A stretch of DNA of 63,138 bases, filler included, from Polymyxa betae A26-41 (Eukaryota > Protista > Endomyxa: Phytomyxea), in NCBI GenBank assembly GCA_003693705.1. It is 5 parts of 5 records of this genome, joined end to end, with 100 filler letters (N's around TTAATTAATTAA, not from the genome) between each part and the next. Parts side by side here need not be neighbours in the genome. Positions count along the whole stretch, not along the records: positions 13,390 to 40,473 come from RBZT01000693.1; 4 more parts are not named here. One strand, given 5' to 3'. Shown here one piece after another: positions 23,986 to 37,563 of this stretch; positions within the stretch are counted from its first letter, which is position 1, and the number at the start of each line of letters is the position of its first letter. Below the pieces are notes generated by a model. That model saw only the letters and a program-made list of their open reading frames with translations, had not been told where the DNA came from and did not search any database. A program made the translations under genes and the position numbers.

Positions 23986-26900
23986 TTATAGAACGTAATC
24001 ACCGACAGTGAAATTGGCTGCGGGATACTTACGCTTAGAGTTTTTGCGAACTCGGCTACTAACACGACTTTCGGCAACGTCAGCGTGCATTTTAGATAAC
24101 GACTCTTTCAAGTCAGAAACACGCTTGGCCATCTTCTCCTCCGACAGGGGCATTGACATAATCTCCTGTTTGCGTGGGTTCCAAATTGCGTCGAGAGGAG
24201 TCGACGGATCGCGAGCAGTGAACAATGTAATCGGGGAGAAACCTAAGGCTGGCGGAATGGTATTATTCAAAGCAAAACGTACACTTGGTACTAGCAAAGG
24301 CCAATCGCGCAGAGCCAGGCGAAACTCCGAAATTAACGATCAAAAGACCGATAAAATACGATGATTAGCTGTTTCGACACCTCCGTACGTCCACGGGCAG
24401 TACGCCAAGTGAAAGTGATGTGTGGCACGCATACGTAGAGCTAATTCAGCAATAATATAAGTCACAAAATGAGTACCACGGTCTGTGACCCAAACGGGGG
24501 CTATTCCATGACGAGAAACCCAATCTAACAAAGAATCGGCGGCATGAGCAGCGCTGGGCTCAACCGCAGGAAACATATCGACATAGCCTGAAAGTCGATC
24601 GCGAAAAACCAACAAGTGTTTTGACTGAAAATTAGAAGGACCGATATATAGATAATCGAAATCAATAATCTGGTTAGCTACTGTAGGAGCAGCTGTAGCA
24701 CCGAATGGTCTAGGAACTACATCACCAGCTTTGCCTGGCACACAATGTAAACATAAGCGAACAAATTCCGCGACATCAGCTCATATAGTCGACCAAAAAA
24801 TCGAGGAAGTAAAACAGAAAGCGTTGCTGAGACACCACGATGGCCAGAAGAGCCACAATGCGCGACTATCAAAATACGTAGTTGAAGAGTTTTAGCACTA
24901 TCAGGAATCCATAGGACACCAGTATCGCTAATAAAAAGTCCAGCTAGATTACGAAAAAAATTAATCGATCCTATAACGTAGGATTCGACATCACCATTTA
25001 GAGCTTCGCGCTGAACATCAGCAATCTCAGACTCTGTAAGGAACACGAGGTTCTGAAAAGGATTAACGATGCCTGCAGGAATGTTGGACTGTCGTTTCAA
25101 TCTACAAACTCGGAGTGGTATAACTGAAGGACCAGCACCCCACCGCGAACGCATATCCGCCCAAACATTGAACTGTCCTGGAATGTGCTCAATATCATAA
25201 TCAACAGAACTAAGCTTCAGGGCCCATCGATACGATTTATCCAAAGTGTGTTGTTTCAAAGGAAACGAAGTTGATTCGGGGTTGAAGATAAACATAAGAT
25301 TGCGGTGATCAGTGAAAATAAGTAGTTTACGATCATAAATCAGAAGGTAATCGAATCGTTGACTTGCATCTACAATAGGGGACGCCTCCTTTTCGGGAAT
25401 AGCCCAACGAGCTGACAAACCCCGAAAACTACGACTAAAGAATGCTAACGGAAAGTGGTTTTGTTCAGGAAGAGGCTTACTGAGCTCTGAAGGTTCGACC
25501 TGTGTTATAATAATAGAATAAGAATCTGCTGAAGCATCAGTAAAAAGACAGCGATCATGATCCTCACGCGGATGGTATAGAGTTACCGCGTTAGAAATCG
25601 CGCTAATAGTACTACGAAAAGAATCCTCATTTTTAGAAGTCCAAGCGTGCGTCATGATAGGAATACGCCGCGAGACAGCCTTAGAACGAGACGGCTGACC
25701 ATGGAGCAGTTGCTCCAAAAGGTCGCGCAGCGGACGTACGTGACGCTCAAAGTCAGATATATGAGTACTAATCCAAGTAGCAGCGCAAAGAAACTGCATA
25801 AGATCCGCTGCAGTTTTCGGAGATGGCATTGTTACTAACGATTGAATTCTAGAAGGATCATGCCGTACTGACCCTTGAGAATAGAAGCGACCGCAATATT
25901 TGGCCTCCGTAAGAAACAGACGACAACGAGCAGCATTTAATTTCGAACCTTTGACCTTATAGAATTCGAAAATAGTTTGAAGAACGATAAAAAGATCATC
26001 AGACGACGGCGCGTGAGCTAAAAGGTCATCGACCCATATTAACATTTGAAATTGGGAGAGAGAGCCTCTAAAAAAAGTCTCCATCCCCTGCTGAAATATA
26101 AAGACAGAATTGGTATTTCCTTGTGGTAGGCGTCGAGGAGTCACAACGCCTAAAGGAGTTAGCATAGACTTTGACTCAATATCACCACAAATAGGGAACT
26201 GCCAGAACCCTTTAAAAGCGTCCAGCGTAGCAAAATATTTAGAATTTACCAAGTAGTCTCCAACAGTGTGTAGATGAGGCATCGGAAAAACACGCCGTAA
26301 AATCTGAGAATTGGGATATCTTAAATATACCACGGCGCGTAATGTCCGATTTTGTCCTGGTTTAAGAACGTAAAATACCGGAGAAGACCACAACGATTTT
26401 GGGTTATGAAAGACAAAATCGTAGGCGATAAGCTGTTCGAAATGTTTTGTAAGAAACTGACTATGAGGAAAAGGATGACGTCGTGGGCGACACAGCTGCG
26501 GCAGAGCATCTTCCTTTAACATAATTGGAAAAGCGGGAATATCCAGCGCGGGATCAGGTCCGAGACGAACTCGAAAAATATCGCGATAATTTATCAGAAG
26601 AGGCCGAAAACGGGCAACAAAATCAGTAGAAGCGCCATTGCTAACAGCGTCCTGTATAATATCACGGAGCGCCGTATCGAGTTCGGCATCGTCTGTTATT
26701 CTTAGAAATACAGAATCGTCACCTTCTAATTCTGAAACCAAATCACCACCAATATCATCAGGTTCCGTCGACGGTATAGCGGAAGATAATTCTGTAGCAC
26801 CATCATCCACTTCGACTTGTTGAGCTCCCAACGCGGTCGCAATGCGATCCACGTCGATCCCTAATGCAAGTAACAGCGGTCGACCCAGAAGAACTTCATG

Positions 26901-28390
26901 CATATCACCGTTCAAAACGTAGATCCAATGACGCCGGACAGTTACGGGCCCAGCAGAGGTGTGAATAATGACATCAGCAAGAAACTTTATAGAAGACGTC
27001 TGAATACTGCCATCGCACAAAGAGAAACTCTGCACGACCTTGCAGATTTCACAATCAGCAGTTGAAATAGCATTCCATTTATTTTTGCCAATAACTGTAA
27101 AATCGGCACCATCATCAAGGACGCTTGCAAAATCATGTTCTTGGTCACCGATTACAATACGAACAGAATCGATAACGCGAGCGACAGGACGAGGAGACAG
27201 CTTGACAGCACTATCTGTACTTACCTCAGAAGAGCTGAGAAAAATCAGATGAATAAATAGACGCATCAGAATCCGAAACTGGACCCGATACGATCGAAAC
27301 AGATTGCGGAATAATCGGAGCAGACCAGAATTGATAGCTTTCCGTATCAGTAAGACGACTAGCCCGAGCGGTATTCCATTCGTGTTCCTGGACGGAGCAG
27401 ACGGCTGCGATTGCGAATTAACGGCTGTAACCGACGCTGCCGATGACTTAGCAGGTGCTACAGTCGTAGACGCTGGAGTAGAGGTGGTGCTCATGCTATT
27501 CTGCACCCTGGGAACGAAATTCCTACTGTAACCCCCATAGGAATTAGTTGAAGATGATTGCTGGCCAGGCAGACCCGATCTATTCCTAGAATTGTCGGCG
27601 TTCGATGTTATAGCACCCTGGGCCGGTACCGGCTTCGAAGCCAAAAGTTTACGCTGACGAAATTCTTCCAATAAACGATTAGCTTCTTCATTACTGCAAC
27701 TTGGACATTGTCTGACATGATGCTGGCCCTTACATTTAAAACATTCTAAAGGACCACGAACAGTTGTTATAGATTTAACTGGAAGATTAGAAGGTGTGCG
27801 GTTGAAGCGCTTGAACGCTAGCAAAGTTTCCACTAAAAAATCGTGAAATTTTAACATGTCTGATTGGGCTTCAACATGCTCTACGTCTAAAGAAGCTAGA
27901 ACAGATTCTCGCAACGCCTCTGGGTGTAACGAATCGACGATTGCGCGTATCTGTTTTTTACGAAGATCTTCTAGAGAAGCGAAACGATCATTAAGACCAT
28001 GTTGTCGGAGAATCTCATCCGATTGATTGAAGATACTCATAACACTAAAATACAGATCGTCGTGATGACCGAACTTCAAAGATTTGAAGCACTGTGAAAA
28101 GCTAGACCAGTAAAGGATTTAAAATGAGTTAAGAGCTTATCGTCGGTCACGCTATCTGCTGACCCATGAGCCAACTTAAGAATGTATGTACATAGATGAT
28201 TCAGAATCCAAGGCTCAATCGCCTCTCGTAGCGGGATCGCAGACAGCTTCCGATCGTCGGCAACTGCTGTATTAAAACGAGTAATACTTGAAGTGTAATT
28301 GGTCCATTCTGTAAGAAACAGTCTAACCAAATTACGATCGTATCCACTAAGGCGTGGCGGTGTAATCAATGAGGTCTGAAAACCGTTCAT
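23986..28390 (-). mobile_element. Ty3/gypsy gag-pol, near complete, with frameshifts and 3' truncation
   Basis: CFKCKGQHHVRQC knuckle, LDDGAD protease, LDAFKGFWQ and IWVDD RT, TDAS/EKE/TDHRN RNase H, HHCC and DFDY/TDRGTHF/GGVE integrase in PR-RT-RH-IN order. Confidence 0.95.
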
Positions 28391-28689
28391 ACCTATCAAA
28401 GGATATAGGAGAAAAAATGCGAGAAAGATCGAGGGTTAGGGTTTAGAGAACCCTAAGACTAGAATCGATTATAATGAGAGATAAAGAAACAGCTACAGAG
28501 TGAGCCGTATAGCGAGTAGAGAAGCAACGAAAATAGGCCTATGAGACGACTTCCGTAAACGCTAGAAAGTCTAGACGAGAAGAGTCTTTTAAGTAGAACA
28601 AAACAAGCAGAAGAATAATAATGTATTTACATATAAGAGACCATGAATCGATCTTAGTCTACTCGACCGATTGTACGGTAAATGTTGGT

Positions 28690-29255
28690 AGTTATTTTCA
28701 AAAAGAGAATCTGAAAAAAACGACTCACGCCTCACATCCGCAATCTATACTCCTTCTTATTGCTCTTGCATCACTGCATGGTTTGCAGATGCGCCAGGTA
28801 GATGTTGTTGGGCCATTCTTAAATGGCGCCCTTGAAGAGTCCATATACATGTCTCAACCACAGGTCTTCAAAATACCTGGGTTGGAGCATAAAATCTGTA
28901 AGCTTAAGAAATCACTTTACGGGCTTAAACAGGCAGGAATGGTTTCTAACACTGAACGAGACAAGTTCCTTACATCACACTTGAACTTCATAAGGGGCAG
29001 GGCAGACCCCTGCATCTACGTGTATAGAAACTCATCCCAGCTCATCATGATTGCCGCACATGTCGATGATCTGCTCATTGTTCACAACGATTTAAACATA
29101 TGTAATAATGTCGTGGACAAATTATCTTCAAAATGGAATTTAACCGATCTAGGTATCCCAACTAGATTATTAGGTATGCGTCTACGTTAAGCATCTAACG
29201 GGGCCATCATGTTGGAGTAGACAGAATATATGGAGCAGCTGTTTGACAGATTCAA
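28690..29255 (+). pseudogene. Ty1/copia RT fragment
   Basis: QVDVVGPFLNG, IYMSQP, LKKSLYGLKQA, DPCIY, HVDDLL. Confidence 0.9.
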
Positions 29256-29399
29256 TAGGCGGTAACAAAATTAGATTTTGTGCGCTCCCGGAGAATCGAT
29301 TCTCCCACGGGATTCAGCAGATTTTTCGATTCTCCCGGGAGAATCACGGAGATAAAATAGCGTGATCGATTTTCGGGATTGATCTGGTCATGATGTGTG

Positions 29400-30626
29400 G
29401 TGTCTGTCTCGAATATATCATCCATTTCTACTATGAACGCACCTGTTATCCAAGCTGCCGCTTCGCAGCCACGTGCTGTGGCTGCTAATTTTCCTCAGAC
29501 AGCAAAGCAACCCTTGCGACAGGTTTTCCTTCCAATAAGAAGAAAACAACAGAGCCTGGAGCTGCACTCTCCATGACAAACGTGTTTTGATGCAGTTAAT
29601 GAGTCTATTGCACGCAATTTTTCCAAACGCACTGACGCATTTTATTACAACAGTGGCGCACTATTACGCCGTCACTGGCGCTGTTTTTGACTCGAAACTG
29701 AGCGTGGCTGCGCAGACACCGCACGCACTCCATGCACCCTCTTGTCCTCATTCCTTTCACCTTTTATTGTCGACTTCACACCAAGATCAGTCTTGCGCCT
29801 GGGCATGGCTATGACTAGAGGCGATATGATGAGGTGTACGGCCCTCTGTCGCGAGGGCCGGTCTCCTGAAATAATGGATAACCCCTCTTCTCTTAACGCC
29901 TACTTGTATGTCTGAAGCCGTTACCTGGGCCATCCTGCAATGGTATCAGAAAGTCTACATGCTCTTTTCCGATGTCTATTCAAGCCAAGTGTAAAATCCA
30001 TACGGCCCGTTTTAGGGTGCTTAATACCGGTGGATCTTGGCTGCTGTCGGCATAGAGCTGTAGAATCTTACCAATTGTACAGCTACCTGTGAAAGGGCCG
30101 GTCTCCTGGACAAAATGATGACTAGTGGTCTGTGTTTTACGTTCTTCTGACTTTTTTGGAAAATGATAGTACCTGTAACAGCCGCCTGAAAGCAAATATT
30201 CTTGTCGGGATGAATTAGATTGCATATGAAAGAGATTCCTGGCAATTATAATTGGATTGCTTACTGGTGATGTATTGGCTGATCTGGCTAGGCTGCGAAT
30301 AACTTTGACAAATAAACTTTAAAAACAGATATCACTTTACTTTATGTTCGAGATTGATTGATTAAAGCTAGCTACGATTTTTATTGTAAAAATTTAATTT
30401 ATCCTGATTGCGTTTCTCTGCCATTATTGTGATTACATGCGTTCTGGATATGTAAATTTTAGGCAGATGCTCATGCAAATATCTGCAATGCTCCGCAAAT
30501 ATCTGATAGCAGAAACTGCGATTTCACGCATTTCGACATGCAAAATTCTGCGTGAGCTTGCGAAATGGCCGTGAAAATTCGCAGGTCCGAAAATGCGGTA
30601 AAACGCAGGTCTGCGCAGTTCCGGTG
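29400..30626 (-). mobile_element. CACTA/CMC-like element copy 1 (terminal part)
   Basis: Minus-strand terminus CACCGGAACT at 30626; carries the conserved hairpin and an accessory gene fragment MESAAPGSVVFFLLEGKPVARVALL homologous to 55475-55696. Confidence 0.75.
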
Positions 30627-30800
30627 GATACACCAGAATACAGTTCAGGAATTGGCGACAAAGACATTACCACATCAACTGGCATCATCAGAATCGAAAA
30701 TGTCCTGCTAGTTCCGAACTTGAAGCGCAAGTTAATCTCAGTAGGCCAACTGAGAGGGTTACAAGTTTGCGTTCGATGGGAGCCAATTAGATATCTATGA
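30627..30800 (+). pseudogene. Ty1/copia protease-region fragment
   Basis: GIGD...IENVLLVPNLKRKLISVGQL. Confidence 0.7.
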
Positions 30801-33800
30801 GAGAAATGAATGGTTAACCGCTGGGAACTGGAAGTCGGCTGACTGGAGAGGCTGTACGATGCCGACAGGGATCTTAATGACGCGGCGGACAACCGGAGAT
30901 GGTATTTGGGGCGCAACCCATCGAGTCAGCATATCAGCCCGGATGTTAAGATGACCCGCAATATGTTCGATAATATAGTTTAAACTACTTAAACGCAAAC
31001 TCCATCGATATAACCAGTCGATAGAATGTAGTTTTAACGGGATCTAAGAAGATTCTGGATTGAAAAAAAATCTGTGATCAGTAAAAATGCGAAATGGTCG
31101 TTCAAAAAGAAGAAGATAATCGAAAGGATCAACTGCTTCAATCCAGCCATACGCTTTTTTCGGCACGGACCACAGAAGGGCTGCGTCAAAAAATGGCTTG
31201 CTGTAGAATGCAAGCGGTTCGTGATTCTGCTCGGCGATCGGCTTGGACAATCCACCTGGTGACAGCTGCGTGATAATGACCGAACAAGAATCTCCGGATG
31301 AATCGTGGAAAACGCATCGCTCCATTCCAGCTTTGGGATGAGACAAAGCAAGAGTATGGTTTTGTTTCAACAGTTGCTCCAACAGGCTCCGTAAAGGCTG
31401 GATGATGCGAGCGAACTCCGGGATGTAGAGCTAAGCCATGTACAAGCACAGACAAACTGCATCAAGTCCACAGCAGTACCCTAACCCAAACATTGAGCGT
31501 AACGCAGCAGAACGGACAGGGTCATGATTCCAACCGCCTTTAAAATAAATTTTCCCGAATTATTTAGCCTGAGAAGAAAGAATTTACACAGCGAGGCATT
31601 AAGTTTCAGCTGAATTTTACGGCATAACTCTAAAACTGTGCGTTAAATGCGCAACAGAGATGTAGGGTCTGGAGCGTGGCCATGCAAGTAGTAGATCCAT
31701 ATGACTATTTCACGACACGATAGCGAGGGTCTGAAAATTGTATCCATGGCATGTTGAAAAATATAAACCGAATTGTCAGACGATATGGAGTGACTATACC
31801 AATGGGGGGAGACATTGATTGGCTCTCGACGTCACCAGCGATAGGTATCCGCCAAAAACTTTTAGAATCGTCCAGATTGAAAAAAGCAGCCGACTCCGAA
31901 ATGTATTCGCCTAACGAAAGTAAGTGCGGCATGGGGTAGGAAAGACGTTGCATTTTAGAATTCGGATCTCGAAGATCACAAACTGAGCGAAGAAATCGTT
32001 TAGCTCCAGGCTTCATAACGCAAAAAGCCGGAAAAGCCCAGCGGGATGACGGATTAAGAAACCCGTTGCCGAAATCAATCAACTGAGAGAAATGCTGGGA
32101 TAAAAAATCACGATAGAGTGGCGCCATATTACGAGGCTTTCATAGCAGAGGCTTCGCATCGGGAAGCATTTGTAGAATAGCATGCTCGATATCTACAAGG
32201 TGATCAGGGCCCAATTTGACACGGAAAACATCTATGAAATCGAAATGTAGATTTTCAAGTTCCTTAGCAATCGCTGGCGGAGCATGGATGGCTGATGCAG
32301 CGACGGCCTCCTTTAAAGCGTCCGCAACTTCAGACAGGTCTAACACAAAACGGGAGATGCTCGATATCGTGATCAGCGAAAGCAGATTCATCCGAGACTG
32401 GATCGGGTCGAACGGCGAGCTCGCATAAGTGCTTTTCAACATCAAAGATAGAAGCAATGGGCGACCCAGCAAAATCTCCGCTAGTGGGATATCCGCAAGG
32501 AAAACCTTTTGGCCACGGGATATGACTGTACCGGCCGATGTCTAAAGATGATTGTCGATAAAAGCGGATTTCGTCACAGTAGCCTGTGAGCCGTTTGCTA
32601 ATTTGAACTGCATATTAACAGCTTCTGCGGATAAACCGGTGTCAGCTATGGTGTCCCAAACATTAGACGCCATAAGAGTAATATCGGCGCCGTCAGAAAT
32701 TCAAAAAAATCCCCATCAATTTCGAGTCTCACAGAGAGCAAACGAAACATTGTTAACTCGTGAGGAAGCCTGATCGTCATGGCCCTCTTGCGTGTCCAAA
32801 GGTCGACTAGAAAGGACTTCAATGAAAGGAGAATCTGGTACTTGCATTTTAGTCCAAAATTCAGATTGGGAGTCTGCGTCATTCGAAAGGTCCGCGGGTA
32901 TACGATTCACACGAGGGGGATCCATCTTGGGAGCAGTAGATGTCCCAGGCGGCGGAGTTTGTACGGTGTCCGCCATCCGGCGAGGGACGAATACGTTGGG
33001 GACATAAACGAGCCCTGGGCAGCTGGCTTTGCCGGGGTATGCGGAGAGGGACCTGAAGACGCGGCCGCAGTAGTTGACGCCGTAGTTTTGTTACGGCCCC
33101 GAGCTATGAATTCCTCAACGAGACGTTCGACAATACCAGTTAGGCACGTAGGGCAATCCCTGACGTGGTGCGACCCACTGCAATGGAAACAGCGAAATTG
33201 CCGTGGAGGCCCCGCCATAGTGGCAGTAGAAGGCCGCGTAATAGTTGGCGGTGGTTGAGACATAGATGGCAAAACCGGGTCGAAGAGTCGATCACTGTTC
33301 AAGGTCTCATGCATGAACTTAAAGAATTTAGATAGACCAGACCGGCAGACGTTTGTCTAAATTTAAGCGATTACGAATTGCATCTCGCAAAACCTCAGGA
33401 TGAACGGCTGATACACTCCCATCAGTTTGTTTAGAGCGTAGTTCTGCATGAGTTTCGAAAAGCGACGTCAATCCGTACGACTGGATGACAGAACGGCACT
33501 GGCCAAAAATATCGTAAACATTCCTCACAGGATCATCATGATGGACAAATCGAATAGATCTGAATAACTGCTTCGTATCCAGAGGAACTGCAACGACTTC
33601 ACCAATATTACATTTGAGAAGAGTGAGAATTTCATCATCCGGAATCGAAGCAAGTTTCGATTCCGCGACTCCATTCTCCAAAACACAGATAGAGTAGAGC
33701 AGAAATGACTCGATACAATCGCTTAATGGAACCGGAAAATACTGGGCAGACTGTTGTTGCGAAATAGATGAATTCAGCCGGGCCACATCAGCTTGATATT

Positions 33801-34330
33801 TCTCCCAGTCAGATATAAAAGAGATGATAGAGAGGCGATCATAAACAGAAAGTTGAGGAGGAAATATCAGCGAGAACAGGAACGGATTCATGGGGGTGGG
33901 TCTCAAAGAAGAAAAGAATGTTGAAAATTTTATAGAATCAGCAAAAAATTGTCAGAGAATGAAATTCGCTACCCTTACGCAATAACGGAACCGGTTTGTG
34001 AAGAAACGGCGTTAAATGAAAAGAAATCAAGGAAACGACGTTACCCGTTCACAGTAACGGAACCCGTTTGCAAAAGAGCCTTAAGAGACGATGAAAAGGA
34101 ATTGGAAGAAAAGGGGTTAGGGTTAGGGTTTAGGATTTCGACTCTGAGAAACAGAGGGACAGAAACGTTGAGTGTGAAGAGGATGGAAATGAAGACTATT
34201 TGCCAAGACAGCGACAGCAGCTGCAGAAAGTCAAGTTTACAGACCGAACGGCAAGAACGGCTGTTCGAACAGAAGAACGAGATGATAAAAACAAGAGATT
34301 CGGAAAGGAATGATTCATTTATTTGCTAAA
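30800..34330 (-). mobile_element. Degraded Ty3/gypsy element related to 23986-28390
   Basis: gag PPQLSVYDR...FVHHDD, CFHCSGSHHVRDC, LGRPLL, LDDSKSFWRIP, HDSS/TDHR, RADMLTRW; many frameshifts. Confidence 0.9.
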
Positions 34331-34799
34331 AAGCCGCCACGTGCAAGCAGGGACAGATGATTAGCGGTAGCTGCAATAGTACAGAAAGTGAAGGGAATAA
34401 AATTTTTTATTAAAAATCACGAGAAGGAACCACGCAGTTTTGAACGCAAAAAAGAGCGTGAGAAATTATACGTCACAAGCTCTAAAAAAGAAAACACATC
34501 TTTCGCACATTATCAGTAACGATAAATGATGGTCGTCTAGGAAAAATATATCATTGAGCGATATAGCCAATTGCTGCCCCAAATTGGCGATATAATTCCT
34601 TTCGAATTGCAGATGACACCTCGAGAAAACGAATGCGCCCAAGCTTTATGCCGAAAGCTGTCCTTGATGACATTGTACTATCACAATCAAGCTAGATGGG
34701 ACATCTGCAGACCAACGTCAACAAAATTTAGAAAGCGAAAGCATTAATTTGCTCTCACTTACAAGACAATGTAATGTCCTACAAGCTGTCATACAGCAA

Positions 34800-35720
34800 C
34801 TGCATCCCACTGCTCATGATGGTTGGAAATTTCTTAAATCCCGATAGGATATCCTTTCTCGTTGCGAACAAGTGAGAATTGTAAAAATTCTGGCTCTGTG
34901 AGTAGTCAAATCTTAAAAGCCAAGATTATGTTACCATGCTGCAAAGCAAAGCGTCGAATGCAACTGCTGTTGGAATTACTATTTCTGACAACGATGTCGT
35001 CAACAAGTTGCTATGAACCTTGCCAAACGAGTTCAATTTCAACTGCGTCTCGCAATGATCAAGAAAAGGATATCAAACTCGGAAACTTGGTATCTGCTTT
35101 GATCAGAGAAGAGCGCTGACTGCAGAATCAACAACCGTGCACTCAAACCGCATATGTCAGCTGAAGCTCTGCTCAAAAAGACCCGACCTAAATACGATGA
35201 CTGCAAAAGGTCAGGACATAATGCCGAACGATGTTTGGTGCTGCATCCGGAGTTAAAACCAACTTTCCCTAACAGTGTCAATAAATCAGCCAACATTCAA
35301 GCATATTCAGGAGAGACTGTCACAGATAAACAGTCTGATGAGGATTGGCTGTTGGATTGTGGTTGCCCACACCATATGGCTCCCTATGAACTCATAGAGT
35401 TTATCTACGCCGAAAACGTCCGCTGTTCAATTGGGGAGCAATCAACTTGTAAGCGTTAATGGAATTGGCAGCAAAACTGTAAAATTGAAAGCCTCCAACC
35501 TGATACTTGGCGATGTTTTACAAGTCCAAGCTCTTGGAAAGAATCTTCTTTCAATTGGACAAAGTACTGAAAAAGGTTTCAAGTTTGTATTTGAAAAAAC
35601 CTTCTTGCAAAATCTATTCGTCCTATTCAGAAGGTCCAATTGCTGTTATCCCAAAGAGCAAGACAATCTGTATCACACGTCAAAATCACATGCACTACCA
35701 TTTGAGTCCAATTCTGCAGG
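34800..35720 (+). pseudogene. Ty1/copia gag-protease remnant
   Basis: CKRSGHNAERC, WLLDCGCPHHM, GIG, NLLSIGQ. Confidence 0.8.
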
Positions 35721-36439
35721 ACATAGCTCACAACCGGTTGCCTTAGAAGATGGCTGTGAATTCCAAAATTGGAAGCTCATTTAGTGACGACAGATTGCAA
35801 GAACAACCGAAAGCATTTTTCAGCGGAACAGGGATGGATTGATTGCGTTTCTGATAGATGCGGGACTCGAACAAATCATTGATAGCCGCATTGCAAGGTA
35901 AGTCTGTTATCTAGTTTGTTTATTGTATATGTTGGCCTTTTGCTGTAGTTTTAGAGTTAGATGAAAATCACCATTGTTGGCTTTAATTTCAAGTTGAAAC
36001 TTGACCTTCGAATAGACACATACTTAATTGGTCAATAATAAGATTTCAGTAAGAGCTCTTACTTCGGGTCTCACCACGACTGTTGGTTAGGGGAGTTTGC
36101 CAGCATCATAGGTATAATGTATAGCGGCAGAATATTTCGCTCTCGGAAATACGAGCGAAAAAAGCATTGAAAACAAGCAACAATATGATGCAGATTAGGG
36201 TGGCAACAACGCATCCCAAGATACCGTTTGGTTTGCTGCCGCCAACTAATTCACAAAAATAAGAATCAACGATGATACCGCTGAAGTATTTTAGCATATG
36301 TTTTCTGGTACCGATCTCCTAATGGTGCAAATGCCGGCTTCACTATAGGTGAAGAGACCGAATTGCAGATCGTACAGCCAATGACGAGCGCCGAGAACAA
36401 GAAATGGTCCCGATGGGTATCCTTTGACAATGTCGAGCC

Positions 36440-37563
36440 GATTAATATACAGTAAATGTTTTTACTAAGACCCTGAAACATTTTCTCAGGGTTTAGGGTG
36501 CTAGAGACCTTCAGCGTTCAGGGTCTTATTCTTAGGCCTTCAGCAGCGTTTCAGGGTCATAACATTATGAAAAAGATAGCGGTTCTTATTATTGTTTGAG
36601 ATGACCAAAGAAAATGACGGTGATGATTTGGACTTGCTTGATGTCACAATCAATGACGATTCTGTGTCGTTCTGGAATCGATATGCGGTTTCCGAAGAAA
36701 ATCGTTTTTTAACTGACGGGTGGCCTGATGACCAAATTCAGACGGACGGAACTCCCTGCGCTTCACAGGCTGCCAAGGATACGCTTCATCGAAACGATCC
36801 CAAACATAAAATAAGCGCAAGAGCGCTGCGAAGACAGAGATGAATGCCACACGGCTGAGTTTCCGTTCGGAACCGACCCCGCAGTTTAAGAAGGGAAAAA
36901 CAGACTTTACAACGGCATGGATCGAGATGCAGAGTCAACATCTTGCTTTGGAACAGGAAAGATCTCGGCGAGATCTGGAGTTTCAGCAATGACAGGCAGA
37001 GCTCAATGCTGTGAAACTGAAAGAGGGTCACCGGTTGGCCACTCAGATAGCCAAAGGCAACTTTATTGCTGATCTCATGAAAAGCGGTCGTAGTGTGACC
37101 GAAATCAAAGAAATGGTGAGCATGGTTTTTCCTGACAATCAACCACGACAGTGGCGTCTAAAAACGTCATCATTGATCAGTGCAGAATTTCTCAACGGTA
37201 TCAGATATTTCCGTTTTTGTGATGCTTTCCAGAAACTATCACAAAAACCGAAATACCTGATACCTTTAAATCATCTGTCTCTTATGCTCATATCTATATT
37301 GGATATATTAAACAAAATCCCAGTACTGCAGTACTTTCTGTTGAATAGATCGTCTCCAATCCGAGATCGTTCCATTGCTGTGCGCTCCGTAATCTTCGGT
37401 GTCGCATGATTCTTCTGAAATTATTCCCTGTACCTCTCGGTTGTCCATGTCATCGGCAGGAATTTGAAGAGCTGTAACCATATTATGCAATACCTAACAG
37501 GCCAGAATCCAGTCACACGCCTTGTTGACATGGATGGGCTTGTTGATCGAAACTGGAAGCCCT
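36440..37563. mobile_element. Truncated Harbinger remnant related to 13884-16849
   Basis: Plus-strand QIAKGNFIADLMKSG...VFPDN matches IAKGNMVSSLLSTG...VFPDS near 15300; minus-strand LPVSINKPIHVNKACDWILAC.VLHNMV matches the transposase C-terminus near 15600. Confidence 0.75.

Noticed and set aside
28076-28079. Programmed frameshift in gag
   Set aside because: The paralog at 33328-33906 reads through this position in one frame, so this is mutational decay.
29826-29872. Hammerhead-like TGATGA-stem-GAAA
   Set aside because: The invariant C3 is missing and the homologous copy near 38360 lacks TGATGA.
30008-30018. CCCTAAAAC as a telomerase RNA template
   Set aside because: Present in only one of four homologous copies, in a variable loop.
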